From NCBI GenBank assembly GCA_001462345.1, contig LIUM01000047.1, forward strand, positions 975 to 64,974: DNA of 64,000 nt, read 5' to 3'. The stretch's first letter is position 1. The number at the start of each line of letters is the position of its first letter. Positions 25,522-36,394 of this stretch are shown here, piece after piece. The position numbers were made by a program, and so were the translations under genes. The stretch is from Fibrobacteria bacterium AD312 (GTDB lineage: Bacteria > Fibrobacterota > Fibrobacteria > Fibrobacterales > Fibrobacteraceae). The notes under the pieces were generated by a model. It worked only from the letters and a program-made list of their open reading frames with translations, was not told where the DNA came from and did no database searches.

Positions 25522-25618
25522 GTTTTGTTGCTTTTAGCCCCTTTTTGTAGACGCCCAAAATTGATTTTAAGCAAATTCATATTTAAGAAGAAAAAAAATT
25601 TCTAAAATTGTACGTATT

Positions 25619-26641
25619 ATGAGTGAAAGTATTTCTAAACTAAAACAAGATTTTGAAGCTGAATTAGCTTCTTTGGTTTTAACATCTAAAGAAGACGTAG
25701 ATGCTATTCGTGTTAAGTATCTCGGTAAAAAAGGGTTAGTCACCGATTTATTAAAGCAAATGGGAGGGCTATCTGCTGAAGAACGCCCTGCTTATGGAAA
25801 AAAAGTAAACGAACTTAAAGAATTTGTTTCAGAAGCCATAGAAAAGGCTCTATTAGTTGCAGCAGATGCTGCTTTACAGAAGAAATTAGCAAGCGGCTTT
25901 GTGGATATTTCTCTTCCAGAAAATGGAATTTCAGCTGGTAGTACTCATCCTCTGTACGATGTCCGAGAAGAAATTATCGATTTTTTTGCGCACATGGGTT
26001 TCGAGGTTGATTTTGGCCGTGATATTGAGACGGATTGGTATAACTTTGAAGCTTTAAATACACCTCCAGATCACCCTAGTCGTGATATGCAAGACACTTT
26101 TTATCTTGCAGACAAAGTGATGCTACGTACTCATACTTCTGGAACGCAAATCCATTATATGGAAACGCATAAACCGCCATTCCGTATGATTGCTCCAGGC
26201 CATGTTTTTAGAGTAGATAGCGATGCGACACATGCTCCAATGTTTCAACAGTGTGAAGGGCTTGTTGTTGATGAAAACATCACTTTTGCACAGCTAAAAG
26301 GGGTGCTTCAAGTGTTTATGGATAAACTTTTTGGTTCTGGCGTGAAAACAAGATTTCGCCCCAGTTTTTTCCCTTTTACTGAACCGTCTGCAGAAATGGA
26401 TGTTAGTTGTGTTTTCTGTAAAGGAGAAGGTTGCCGTCGTTGTAAGGGAACAGGCTGGATGGAAATCGGTGGATGCGGCTCAGTAGATCCTAATGTTTTC
26501 ATTAATTGTGGAATTGACCCTGAACGCTATACTGGTTTTGCTTTTGGCTTTGGCTTAGATCGAATTGCCATGCTTCGTCATGCAATACCAGAAATTGGCC
26601 TTTTAACAGGGAATGACGAACGATTCCTTTCTCAATTTTAA
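25619..26641 (+). CDS. pheS: phenylalanine--tRNA ligase alpha subunit
   Basis: Class II aaRS motifs are present (…FRVDSDATHAPMFQQCEG…, …GFAFGFGLDRIAM…). Confidence 0.9.
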   Translation: MSESISKLKQDFEAELASLVLTSKEDVDAIRVKYLGKKGLVTDLLKQMGGLSAEERPAYGKKVNELKEFVSEAIEKALLVAADAALQKKLASGFVDISLPENGISAGSTHPLYDVREEIIDFFAHMGFEVDFGRDIETDWYNFEALNTPPDHPSRDMQDTFYLADKVMLRTHTSGTQIHYMETHKPPFRMIAPGHVFRVDSDATHAPMFQQCEGLVVDENITFAQLKGVLQVFMDKLFGSGVKTRFRPSFFPFTEPSAEMDVSCVFCKGEGCRRCKGTGWMEIGGCGSVDPNVFINCGIDPERYTGFAFGFGLDRIAMLRHAIPEIGLLTGNDERFLSQF

Positions 26642-26666
26642 GCCACTTAGGGCTCTTGTAATTAGC

Positions 26667-26699
26667 AAAAGACCCACTAGCAACGCTAGTGGGTCTTTT
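26667..26699. terminator. bidirectional rho-independent terminator
   Basis: A perfect hairpin aaaagacccactag-caacg-ctagtgggtctttt lies between the convergent genes. Confidence 0.7.
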
Positions 26700-26721
26700 G
26701 CATAATAATTTTATTGTTTTC

Positions 26722-27534
26722 TTAGAAAAAGTAAGAGCCGCTAAATTGGAAGCAAAGTGTATTTATGTTTCTATAGTCATCACCAGAGAGTGTTTCATTG
26801 GAATAGTTTGTGAAACTATAAAAAGCTCTTAAATCTAAACCAAGCCAACGATTGACTTGATAGCCAACACCTAGAACAAAGCCGATTTCAACAGAACTAG
26901 ATTCAATGACGTCCAGATCTTCTTTGTCAGTAGAATTGATGTTTTCAAAAGTGACTTTTTCGCTGCTTTTATTGTAAACCACTAGGCCGACTTCAAGACC
27001 TGTAAATGCATAGAGACCTTCTGTGTTATCTAAGAAGAATCTAAGAAGAATAGGGAGTTCTATCACTATATTTGAAAGAGATGTTTCTATGGTATAGCCA
27101 GTTAGGTCATTTTCCCTTGAAAGTCTTCGATAAGTCGCAGTAAGTTCTGGTGTTAAGGCAAAGTAATCCGTTAGGCGAATCTTCATGATTGCACCAAGGG
27201 AGCCTGCTAGGCCAAAAGACCAACCATTACTATTATCTCCCATAAACGTAGGAGTCCCTAACCCCGCTTTTAGGCCAATCGTAACAGCATCAGACCAATT
27301 GCGTAAGCGTTCACTTGCAATGAGATCGGAAGACGTTTTTTGTTCTTGATAGCGTTGGTAAGCTTCGGAATAATCTTCATCATCTTCAAATTCACTTGCG
27401 TTAGATGCATCATAAGAAGAGCTTTCTTCGGTAGAGGATTCTTCACTAGAAGCACCGTCTTCTTCAGCCCAAAGAGAAGTCGAAAATAGAAAGAGAAACG
27501 AAAGAATAAAAATGAGTAAGGAATTCTTTTTCAT
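26722..27534 (-). CDS. outer-membrane beta-barrel protein with an acidic N-terminal region
   Basis: A signal peptide is followed by a D/E/S-rich segment. Alternating hydrophobic beta-strands end in a C-terminal ...SYFF aromatic residue. Confidence 0.55.
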   Translation of the reverse strand: MKKNSLLIFILSFLFLFSTSLWAEEDGASSEESSTEESSSYDASNASEFEDDEDYSEAYQRYQEQKTSSDLIASERLRNWSDAVTIGLKAGLGTPTFMGDNSNGWSFGLAGSLGAIMKIRLTDYFALTPELTATYRRLSRENDLTGYTIETSLSNIVIELPILLRFFLDNTEGLYAFTGLEVGLVVYNKSSEKVTFENINSTDKEDLDVIESSSVEIGFVLGVGYQVNRWLGLDLRAFYSFTNYSNETLSGDDYRNINTLCFQFSGSYFF

Positions 27535-27677
27535 AGAAAAGAAAAGTAGTAAAAAAATAATGTCTTCATAGGATTAAGAATGTAAAAGCGTGCAACATCA
27601 GACTCAATAAAGATTTTTTTTATGATTTTTTCTAGATTTTTCAAAAAAATGCATTAAATCCGGTTTCAGGAGTTTTT

Positions 27678-30389
27678 ATGGCTAAGTATAACCCATCGTT
27701 AATTGAACCAAAATGGCAACATTTTTGGGATGAAAAACATACTTTTAAGACAGGGGAAGATTGTTCAAAGCCAAAATATTATTGTTTAGATATGTTTCCT
27801 TACCCAAGTGGTGCAGGGCTTCATGTTGGCCATCCAGAAGGTTATACAGCAACGGATATCATTTGCCGTTATAAAAGAGCCAAAGGATTTAACGTTTTAC
27901 ACCCAATGGGTTGGGATGCTTTTGGCCTTCCTGCGGAACAATATGCGATTCAAACAGGAACGCATCCAAATGTCACTACGCAAAAAAACTGTGACAACTT
28001 TAGAGCGCAGATTAAACGATTAGGGTTATCTTATGATTGGGACCGTGAAATTAATACGACAGATCCTGGTTATTATAAATGGACCCAATGGATTTTTAGT
28101 CAACTTTATAATACTTGGTTCGATAATTCTATTCAAAAGGGACGTCCTATTTCAGAACTTCCAATTCCTTCTGAAATAGAAAAACAGGGTAAGGCCGCCA
28201 TACGTGAGTATAAAGACTCCAAAAGACTCGCTTATTATGCAGATGCGCAAGTGTGGTGGTGTAAGCATTGCCGAATTGTTTGCGCTAATGAAGAAGTTTT
28301 GAATGATGGATCTCATGAAAAGTGCGGCACAAAAGAAGTGGAACGCCGCCAATTAAAACAATGGCTGATGAGAATTCCTCATTATGGAGAACGCTTATTA
28401 GAGGGTTTAGAACAAGTTGATTGGCCAGATGGCATCAAAGACATGCAACGCAATTGGATTGGCAAAAGTCGTGGTGCAGAAGTTGATTTTACGATTGCAA
28501 ATCCAGATGGATCTGCTGGAACACGTCGCTTAAGAGTCTATACCACACGTCCAGATACCTTGTTTGGTGCAACATATATGGTGGTGGCTCCAGAACATGC
28601 ATTAGTTTCTGACTTATTAAATTCAGACGAAATGGGGGTATCCGATGAGATCAAGAAAGCGGTTTCTGCTTATGTAAAAGCGGCTGCTTTAAAAAGCGAT
28701 ATGGATCGAACGGAGCTCGCGAAAGAAAAAACAGGTGTTTTTACTGGCTTATATGCTTTTAATCCACTAACACAAAAGCCTATTCCTATTTGGGTGGCTG
28801 ACTATGTTTTGACTGGTTATGGTACGGGTGCTATTATGGCTGTCCCTGCTCATGATACACGCGACTTTGATTTTGCTCAAAAGTTTAATTTGCCTGTAAT
28901 TTGTATTATGGAACCCGATAGTGCATGCCCTCCAGAGACGGCCGCCCTTGTTTTAGAAGGCAAAGCTTGTTGGACTGCTGATGGAAAGTATATAAAAAGT
29001 GCGAATGAAATTCTTTCGTTAAATGGCTTGTCTAAGAAAGAAGGAATTGATAAGGTCATCGCTTTTCTTGAAGAGAAAAAATTAGGTCAAGCAGCTGTAA
29101 ATTACAAACTTCGTGATTGGCTTTTTAGTCGTCAACGTTATTGGGGTGAACCGTTCCCTGTAATCCATTGGGAAGATGGTGAAATTACTTTGTTGAATGA
29201 AAACGAATTGCCTTTGGAACTCCCTGAAATGGCTGACTTTAAGCCTGGAGAAGGTGGTGAGTCCCCTTTAGCCAATGCAGGCGAATGGTTGAATGTTGTT
29301 GATGCCAATGGGCGAAAAGGTCGCAGAGAAACAAATACCATGCCTCAATGGGCTGGTAGCTGTTGGTATTACTTGCGTTATATTGATCCTAAAAATGCAA
29401 CTTCCTTTTTAGGCAAAGAAAAAGAAAACTACTGGATGCCAGTGGATTTATATGTCGGTGGTGCTGAACATGCCGTTTTACATTTGCTTTATAGTCGTTT
29501 TTGGCACAAGGTTCTTTTTGATTTAGGGCACGTGAGTACGCCTGAACCCTTTCATAAATTGTTCAATCAAGGCATGATTCTTGCCTATGCTTATGAAGAT
29601 GCCGCTGGTTCAAAAGTGCCTTCCGATGAAGTGGAAGAACGTGATGGTTTATTCTATAAAAAAGGGACTTCCATTCAATTAAAACAGATTATTGCGAAGA
29701 TGAGTAAGTCACTCAAAAATGTAGTGAACCCTGATGATGTTGTTTGTGAGTATGGTGCCGATTCGCTTCGTTTGTACGAAATGTTTATGGGGCCATTAGA
29801 TGCTGTAAAACCATGGCAACCACAAGGGTTAGAAGGCATGCATCGCTTTTTATCTCGTGTTTGGCGTGCGATTGTCGGTGATGATGACGATGTTCTTGCA
29901 GTGTATGAAAATGAAGGCGCTCCTGAAAGCCTAATTAAGGTAATGCATCAAAGTATTATTAAGGTGACTGAAGATATCGAAAAAATGGCCTTTAATACGG
30001 CCATTAGTCAGTTAATGATTTTCAATAACGAAATAATGAAGTCTAATATTCGTTTCCGTGAACCATGTGAAACTTTTGTGAAGTTACTTCATCCTTTTGC
30101 GCCACATCTCGCAGAAGAGCTTTGGAGTATTTTAGGGCATAAAACCTCTTTAACAAATGAGCCATGGCCTGTGGGAGACGTTTCTAAGACTGTGGAAAAT
30201 ACAGTAGAAGTTGTTTTTCAGGTCAATGGAAAGGTGCGTGCGAGAGAAAAGGTTAGCGTTTCGTTGGATAAAGAAACACTTGAAAAAATGGCACTAAACC
30301 ACGAACGAGTTCAAGAGTATACTGCTGGAAAAACGATTGTGAAAGCGATTGTGGTTCCTGGAAAACTCGTGAATTTTGTGGTGAAGTAA
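27678..30389 (+). CDS. leuS: leucine--tRNA ligase
   Basis: The HVGH ([10 protein letters not shown]) and KMSKS motifs are present. The SD is aggag, and the product is 903 aa. Confidence 0.95.
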   Translation: MAKYNPSLIEPKWQHFWDEKHTFKTGEDCSKPKYYCLDMFPYPSGAGLHVGHPEGYTATDIICRYKRAKGFNVLHPMGWDAFGLPAEQYAIQTGTHPNVTTQKNCDNFRAQIKRLGLSYDWDREINTTDPGYYKWTQWIFSQLYNTWFDNSIQKGRPISELPIPSEIEKQGKAAIREYKDSKRLAYYADAQVWWCKHCRIVCANEEVLNDGSHEKCGTKEVERRQLKQWLMRIPHYGERLLEGLEQVDWPDGIKDMQRNWIGKSRGAEVDFTIANPDGSAGTRRLRVYTTRPDTLFGATYMVVAPEHALVSDLLNSDEMGVSDEIKKAVSAYVKAAALKSDMDRTELAKEKTGVFTGLYAFNPLTQKPIPIWVADYVLTGYGTGAIMAVPAHDTRDFDFAQKFNLPVICIMEPDSACPPETAALVLEGKACWTADGKYIKSANEILSLNGLSKKEGIDKVIAFLEEKKLGQAAVNYKLRDWLFSRQRYWGEPFPVIHWEDGEITLLNENELPLELPEMADFKPGEGGESPLANAGEWLNVVDANGRKGRRETNTMPQWAGSCWYYLRYIDPKNATSFLGKEKENYWMPVDLYVGGAEHAVLHLLYSRFWHKVLFDLGHVSTPEPFHKLFNQGMILAYAYEDAAGSKVPSDEVEERDGLFYKKGTSIQLKQIIAKMSKSLKNVVNPDDVVCEYGADSLRLYEMFMGPLDAVKPWQPQGLEGMHRFLSRVWRAIVGDDDDVLAVYENEGAPESLIKVMHQSIIKVTEDIEKMAFNTAISQLMIFNNEIMKSNIRFREPCETFVKLLHPFAPHLAEELWSILGHKTSLTNEPWPVGDVSKTVENTVEVVFQVNGKVRAREKVSVSLDKETLEKMALNHERVQEYTAGKTIVKAIVVPGKLVNFVVK

Positions 30390-30816
30390 TATTCGCTTGA
30401 TCACTTGAAAACAGTTTCTTAAAATTAGCAAATTAATCCTTTAGTATTAACAGATGAAAACTTCGAAAGAGAATTTCTTTTTTGAAGTTTTTTTATAAAA
30501 CGACGCAAAAAACAATGAAAAAAAGAATGATGAAATTCTCTTAATTTTTTATATTGCAAAAAAAAGTCACTAGGTCCATTTATGGATCTTATAAGTTATT
30601 AATGACTATAGAAAATAAATCCACGTACATTATTTTTAGAGTTCGCTCTTCAACATCAATAGAAGAAATGAAGTCATCGGCATCTACTATTTCTTCTTCA
30701 CACAAACTTGTTGTTAGAAATAATAAAGTAGAGTTACAGAAAAAGACAAATACTGGAAAAATGATATACTATAACTTACATGGCTCTAGAGTCAAATAAG
30801 TTAAATTAAGTATTGC

Positions 30817-31464
30817 TTATTTCAAAAATTCAAAAACGGAATCAACTATAGAATCAAAGAGACTATCTTTTTTGAATTCATTTTTTAAAAAAGAATAGTC
30901 ATCTGTTTCTTGCTCCACTTCTCTTTTGTAAGGCTTGTGTTCAGGAACTTCCTGTAAGTGGCCTCCTGCTTTAATCCACATGGCGAGTTTCTGTAATTCG
31001 CCAGCCTCTAAAAAGACGCCATGATCTCTACAACGATCAATAACCACTCCAGAGACTTGCCCGTAGTTTTGTTGATTCATTAATTTACCACAAACAGGGC
31101 ATGGTTTATAAAAAGTAGCGTTTCCCATTGCTTCACCTGCAATCGACCTTAATGCAGAAAGATGAGAGTGATTCATAGAGCGTACGCCATTTGAATATTC
31201 TTTTAAGAATAAGTCTAATTCTCCGATATCAAAAAACAGACCTAAGCATTTAGGACAACGTTCTAAATAAAATGGTTTTTGATCTCTTGTAACATCAAGA
31301 ATTTCCATGTCTATTTTACAGTTTGGACAAGGTCTTTTTTTCTCTGGCAAGTGAGTTGTATAATAATGCCGCCCAGACAAATCAATATCGATACTTGATT
31401 TACAATAACCACAAATAGAAGAGCCGATTAATAAAGGGGCTCCACAGTTTTTACAACGAGCCAT
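30817..31464 (-). CDS. tandem TFIIB-type zinc-ribbon protein (YdjG-like)
   Basis: It carries repeated C-x2-C…C-x2-C ribbons (CKNCGAPL…CGYC, CPNC…CPKC…, CPVCG…). Confidence 0.55.
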   Translation of the reverse strand: MARCKNCGAPLLIGSSICGYCKSSIDIDLSGRHYYTTHLPEKKRPCPNCKIDMEILDVTRDQKPFYLERCPKCLGLFFDIGELDLFLKEYSNGVRSMNHSHLSALRSIAGEAMGNATFYKPCPVCGKLMNQQNYGQVSGVVIDRCRDHGVFLEAGELQKLAMWIKAGGHLQEVPEHKPYKREVEQETDDYSFLKNEFKKDSLFDSIVDSVFEFLK

Positions 31465-31465
31465 T

Positions 31466-32536
31466 TTATTTCTCTGGAATTGGAGGAGGCGTTTGATTCA
31501 ACAAAGAGGAAAGTTCAGGCCTACTTTTTGCTGCGCTCCAATTATCCATTCCCTGTTTCCAAACAAGAGTCTCGCCGTTTAAGTTTTTCTGTTGAAATAG
31601 GGTAGAGAGAGCTTCTAAAGAATGAGGCCCGTTTTTTTGTCCATTGATGGCGACCCACCATAAAGAAGAACTAGGAATCGGTGGTGGGTTCGATACGGAT
31701 TGCGTCATTTGCTGAGCCATACCAATTCCCATACCAAGACCAATGCCACCAGAGGCTTCTCCTGAATTTTTTGCTGCCGCTTCTGCAGCTGTTGCCATTT
31801 GATAGCGAGTATAGTCTTGTTCTCCAACGACGCCCATGCTTGATTTTTTATCAATGCTCCGTTCAGCTTCTTCTGGGAGAGAAATATTTTCAATAAGTAA
31901 TTGTGAACAAGAAAGACCGTAGCCTTTTGTTTCTGCTGCGATTTTTTGGGAGATGCCTACAGAGAGGGTGTCATAGTTTTCTGCGAGTTGAAATACACCT
32001 ATTTTACTTTCTCCAATCGCATCAGCGAATGCGGCAACAATTAAGTTTCGAATTTGTTCAGAAATGATGGCCATTGAAAATTCTTTTTTAGAACCCAAGA
32101 CTTCTTTTAGTAATAGAAGGGGGTCTGTGGATTGTAATATATAGGTGCCGTAAGCTCGAATACGAACAGGGCCTATTTCTGGATCTTTTAAAATGATAGG
32201 GTTTCGAGTGCCCCACTTTTGATCTGTAAAACGTCTAGTGCTAATAAAGTACACTTCTGCTTTGAATGGGCTATCAAAACCATACTTCCAACCTTTCAGT
32301 GTCGATAGAATAGGCAAGTTTTTAGTGTTAAGAGTATACATTCCTGGTTGAAAAACATCTGCAACTTTGCCTTCGTTTACGAATATGGCCACCTGACCTT
32401 CACGAACAGTCAGCTTTGCATTGTTTTTAATTTCATTTTGATATCGAGGGAATCTCCAAATAAGGGTATCGCTTCCATCTTCAAGCCATTCAATGATATC
32501 AATAAATTCGCCAATGATTTTATCTAGTAAACTCAT
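31466..32536 (-). CDS. SPFH/band-7-like protein (YdjI-like) with a C-terminal GYF-like DUF4339 domain
   Basis: The N-terminal region is SPFH-like. The C-terminus reads WWVAINGQKNGPHSLEAL…GETLVWKQGMDNW. Its stop overlaps the start of the zinc-ribbon gene, indicating an operon. Confidence 0.55.
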   Translation of the reverse strand: MSLLDKIIGEFIDIIEWLEDGSDTLIWRFPRYQNEIKNNAKLTVREGQVAIFVNEGKVADVFQPGMYTLNTKNLPILSTLKGWKYGFDSPFKAEVYFISTRRFTDQKWGTRNPIILKDPEIGPVRIRAYGTYILQSTDPLLLLKEVLGSKKEFSMAIISEQIRNLIVAAFADAIGESKIGVFQLAENYDTLSVGISQKIAAETKGYGLSCSQLLIENISLPEEAERSIDKKSSMGVVGEQDYTRYQMATAAEAAAKNSGEASGGIGLGMGIGMAQQMTQSVSNPPPIPSSSLWWVAINGQKNGPHSLEALSTLFQQKNLNGETLVWKQGMDNWSAAKSRPELSSLLNQTPPPIPEK

Positions 32537-32833
32537 AATAAACCACTCTTTAAAAAGTTTCTAATAAAATACATTAGAACTGGCCTAGATGTTAATTCTT
32601 TCGCTAGCTTTAATTATTAGACAAGACTTCATTCTCTAGTCTAACCATGGGTAGTTATAAAAAAAGAAAGGTTATTGATTTTGAATTCAGCTAATAGAAG
32701 GTACGAACACTTGCGAAGTAATCGAGCCACGCCTATCTAGTGGATGTGCTATCTATTGAAATAAAAAAAGCAAAGTGATGAAAATCACTTTGCTTAAATA
32801 ACTTGAAAAACGTATTCTTTGATAGTAAAGGGA

Positions 32834-33535
32834 CTAAACTTCTGGAGAACGACCTTTTTGAGAAGACAATCCTTTGTATAAAAAGGCGGCTAAGGTATCC
32901 AAATAGACAGGCATATCAATTTTCATTTTATCGAAATTACTAAACGAATGAGCATAAACAGTCATTTCATGAAGAGACATCATAATGATACGAGCAGTGA
33001 CATCCATATCTTCAATAAAAAACTGATTCCGATCTATACCGTATTGTAGCACTCGTTCCACAATACGTTTTGCGTGAACAAGAACTTGGTCAATATAAAA
33101 CTGAGTTAATTCAGGAAAATTATTTGCTTCTGCAGTAATCAACTTTGGGATCCCAGCGCAAGATTCGCTTTCCATGAGATTCCACCATTGGTGTGTGAGT
33201 TCATAGAGTAATTTTTCAGGGGTGCCAGTGTAGTTATCTAAAAATTCATTACTATAAGATAAAACAGGGCTCATTGCTGCATGAATAACAGCTTTGAAAA
33301 GAGCTTCTTTGTTTTCAAAATAAACGTAGATAGTTCCTGGTTGTACTCCAGCACGGCGAGCCACTTCAGCGACTTTTGTCGCGGAAAATCCTTGTTCTAC
33401 AAAAACATCTAATGCCGCGGCAAGAATTTCTTGAGGACGAATTTCTTTTTTGCGTTGCCACGGACGGTGCGTTTTAATCTCTTCAGTTTCGCCTTTAGGG
33501 GTGTTTTCCGGAGGTAAAGCATCTGTATTCATCAT
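32834..33535 (-). CDS. TetR/AcrR family transcriptional regulator
   Basis: An N-terminal HTH is present (…FSATKVAEVARRAGVQPGTIYVYFENKEALF…). Confidence 0.75.
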   Translation of the reverse strand: MMNTDALPPENTPKGETEEIKTHRPWQRKKEIRPQEILAAALDVFVEQGFSATKVAEVARRAGVQPGTIYVYFENKEALFKAVIHAAMSPVLSYSNEFLDNYTGTPEKLLYELTHQWWNLMESESCAGIPKLITAEANNFPELTQFYIDQVLVHAKRIVERVLQYGIDRNQFFIEDMDVTARIIMMSLHEMTVYAHSFSNFDKMKIDMPVYLDTLAAFLYKGLSSQKGRSPEV

Positions 33536-33625
33536 AGCGTTCTCTTATTGAATTTGGATAAGAAATATAAAAAAAAATAAAAAAATGGTTGTGACTAAAA
33601 AAAAAGACTATAAAAAAACGGGAAA

Positions 33626-35008
33626 TCACTGATTAGGCATTTTTTTCCATTCTTTGGAGAGTAAAAATAGACCTAGAAGGGCTGCTAAAACATCTGAAAT
33701 GGGGGCGGCCATAAAAACACCAGAGAGACCATAGAAATTTGGAATGATTAATAATAGGGGAATTAAAATCAAAACCTGACGACTCATATTCAGAATAATA
33801 GATCGTCCTGGTTTTCCTGTGGCTTGAAAGAACGTTCCACAAATCATACCTACTCCAATTGCAGGTAAGCCTAGTAAAAAAATCCTAATAGAACTCGTGG
33901 CTAGTTCTTGGAGTTCCTTGTTTTCAGATGCAAAGGGCTGTATTAAATAAGGGGCGAAGATCTGAATTAGTATCCATGCCACGGTTAAAAAACTGACCGC
34001 AAGAATGAATGCATAATTTACGGTTGATTTTACCCTAGTGTAATATTTGGCTCCGTAATTGTAGCCAAGAATGGGTTGCATCCCTTGAACAAATCCGAGA
34101 AGAGGCATGATAATCATCATGGCTATACTATTAATAACTCCAAAAGCAGAAATAGCTAAATCGCCGCCATAAGTGCTTTGGTTGCCGTATGTAGCAAGGC
34201 TTCGATTCAAAATGACATTCATTAAACTGTTACAAACTTGCATCATGCTCATCGGGAATCCTAAGATTAATATGCGACGTACAAAGGGAAATTGTAAATG
34301 CATGAAACGCGCTTGGATTTTAATGGGGGTGTTTTTTCTAAAGAAAAACCATATGATGAACAAGAATGAAATAAATTGTGAAAGAATGGTAGCCCAGGCG
34401 GCTCCAGCAATACCCCAATGAAACTTTACTATAAAAAGCCAATCAAAAAATACATTACAAAATGCGCCAATGAGCATTCTAAACATCGCTGTTTTGGGGT
34501 GTCCCATGGAGCGAATAAAGTTATTCATCCCAGGATTAATCGTTTGAAAGAAAACCCCGAGTAAGATAATGCTCATATAGGTTTTGGCATAAGGTAAAGT
34601 GACTTCACTTGCACCAAAAACTTTTAAAAGAGGTTCTAGAAAAATTTGTCCTAAAGCAAAGACAATTATGGACACAATAGTTAAAAGAACTAGAGAATGA
34701 TTTAAAATCATTGCCGCTTGTCGATGTTTTTTTTGTCCTAATTTAAGAGAGAACAAAATGTTTCCCCCTATGCCAATTAAAATGGACATGGCCATAATAA
34801 AAAGTGAAATAGGAAAACAAAGTGTGATTCCTGTAATCCCTAAATACCCCACCTCTTCAGCCACAAAAAAACGATCTACTACATTATATAGAGATTCTAC
34901 ACTCATACTAATAATAGAGGGCACAGAAAACTGCAAAATCAGTTTTGGAATGCTCTGTGTACCAATAGAATTAAATCGTGCGTTTGAAAAGTCGGACATG
35001 GTGTCCAA
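33626..35008 (-). CDS. MATE family efflux transporter
   Basis: It has 12 predicted TM helices over ~460 aa and matches the MATE pattern. Confidence 0.75.
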   Translation of the reverse strand: MDTMSDFSNARFNSIGTQSIPKLILQFSVPSIISMSVESLYNVVDRFFVAEEVGYLGITGITLCFPISLFIMAMSILIGIGGNILFSLKLGQKKHRQAAMILNHSLVLLTIVSIIVFALGQIFLEPLLKVFGASEVTLPYAKTYMSIILLGVFFQTINPGMNNFIRSMGHPKTAMFRMLIGAFCNVFFDWLFIVKFHWGIAGAAWATILSQFISFLFIIWFFFRKNTPIKIQARFMHLQFPFVRRILILGFPMSMMQVCNSLMNVILNRSLATYGNQSTYGGDLAISAFGVINSIAMMIIMPLLGFVQGMQPILGYNYGAKYYTRVKSTVNYAFILAVSFLTVAWILIQIFAPYLIQPFASENKELQELATSSIRIFLLGLPAIGVGMICGTFFQATGKPGRSIILNMSRQVLILIPLLLIIPNFYGLSGVFMAAPISDVLAALLGLFLLSKEWKKMPNQ

Positions 35009-35037
35009 AGTTAGAAAATGTAATCGATTTGTAGTGG

Positions 35038-35940
35038 CTAAGTCTCAATTGCGACTTGATTTCTTCCATTTTCTTTTGCAATGTACAATAGCTTATCGGC
35101 TTCAGCGATCATTTCTTCTATTTTAGGAATAGATTTTCCTTTTTTTGACGATAGTCCAAGAGAAATTGTCACAGGAATCATCACATCATTCCAAACAAAA
35201 ATTTGTTTTTCTACGGCAATACGTAATCGTTCTGCACTTCTATAAGCGTCTTCAAGCCCAATTCCAGAAAAGAAAAGAATAAATTCTTCTCCACCATACC
35301 TTGCTAATAAATCGCTTTCTCGCTTTTCTTCTTTCAATAATCGAGCAATCTCTTTTAAAACCATATCACCCGCTTGATGTCCCCACTGGTCATTCACTTT
35401 TTTGAAGTGGTCTACATCAAGTAAAAGAGTGTGTACATAATAGTCATTTCGGCGAGCAAGAGCCGATTCTCCTCCACAACGATCTAAAAAAGTGCGCCGA
35501 TTGGAAATTTTCGTTAAAGGGTCGGTTGTCGCTGCTTCGAATAATTCTCGATCAAAAGCTTCTTCACTAGAATCCTTAAAGTCGATTTTTAGAACCATTT
35601 TACCTATTTGGAGTCTATTTTCAGAATCTAAAACGGCTTCTTTAACTTCTTGACCATCTATAAAAATGCCATTTGTACTATTCAGGTCTCGAATTCGAAC
35701 TGTTTTACCGTCCCAATGAATTTCACAATGACTTCGAGAAACAAGGCCATCATCAAGACGAATATCGGCTTCAATACCACGTCCAAGAATAGATTTCCCT
35801 ATTTTTAGGGGTATTTGGCGAAAAAGTTCTCTCGGATAGAGTATTATTAAATGAGCTCTGGTCTCAAATTCAGGGAGGCGAATCGTTTGGTTTTTGGTCA
35901 CCATTGTTTTTTCCAGATCTTGCATTTGATACCTCTTCAA
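35038..35940 (-). CDS. FHA-domain diguanylate cyclase (GGDEF)
   Basis: An N-terminal FHA domain (…GRGIEADIRLDDGLVSRSHCEI…STNGIF…) is followed by a GGDEF domain with an RYGGEEF active site. Confidence 0.8.
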   Translation of the reverse strand: MKRYQMQDLEKTMVTKNQTIRLPEFETRAHLIILYPRELFRQIPLKIGKSILGRGIEADIRLDDGLVSRSHCEIHWDGKTVRIRDLNSTNGIFIDGQEVKEAVLDSENRLQIGKMVLKIDFKDSSEEAFDRELFEAATTDPLTKISNRRTFLDRCGGESALARRNDYYVHTLLLDVDHFKKVNDQWGHQAGDMVLKEIARLLKEEKRESDLLARYGGEEFILFFSGIGLEDAYRSAERLRIAVEKQIFVWNDVMIPVTISLGLSSKKGKSIPKIEEMIAEADKLLYIAKENGRNQVAIET

Positions 35941-36394
35941 CCCAAATATTATTCTCTTCAGAGTAAAATTAACTTCAAAAAGATAATTAATAATAAAAAA
36001 TACAGTTTTTAGTCTAATATTGAGCTAACGAATCATCAAATCTAGCCGTTCTATTTTTATAGAGGGGATTTGAATTGGACTTTTGTTTTTAATAAAACAA
36101 TGGGGTTTTTTGTCTTGACATCAAAAAAATTATTGTAAAACGATTCCTTATTGCAAAAGGAAGTTTTAATTCTGCTATTAATTGAGATTGACAATCTAAA
36201 AAAAGTTGTTTTTGATTCATTTTAGGCGTTTTAGCAGAAAAAGACGATTATGCTCACTTGTAAACGAAAAAAAATGTTTTACTAAAGAAAAAAGTAGCAT
36301 TTTTATTTAGATTAGCATAGATTTTAGGCGTGGTGACAAAGTTTCCGTTCAGTTGTGACGGTGATTTTGTGTATTGGTTTTGGAGAGAATTTTT

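Noticed and set aside
30554-30799. An 81-aa ORF in the 430-nt leuS-downstream intergenic region.
   Set aside because: It has low complexity, no SD, no motif, and sits in an AT-rich spacer. I left it uncalled, although a real small protein cannot be excluded.
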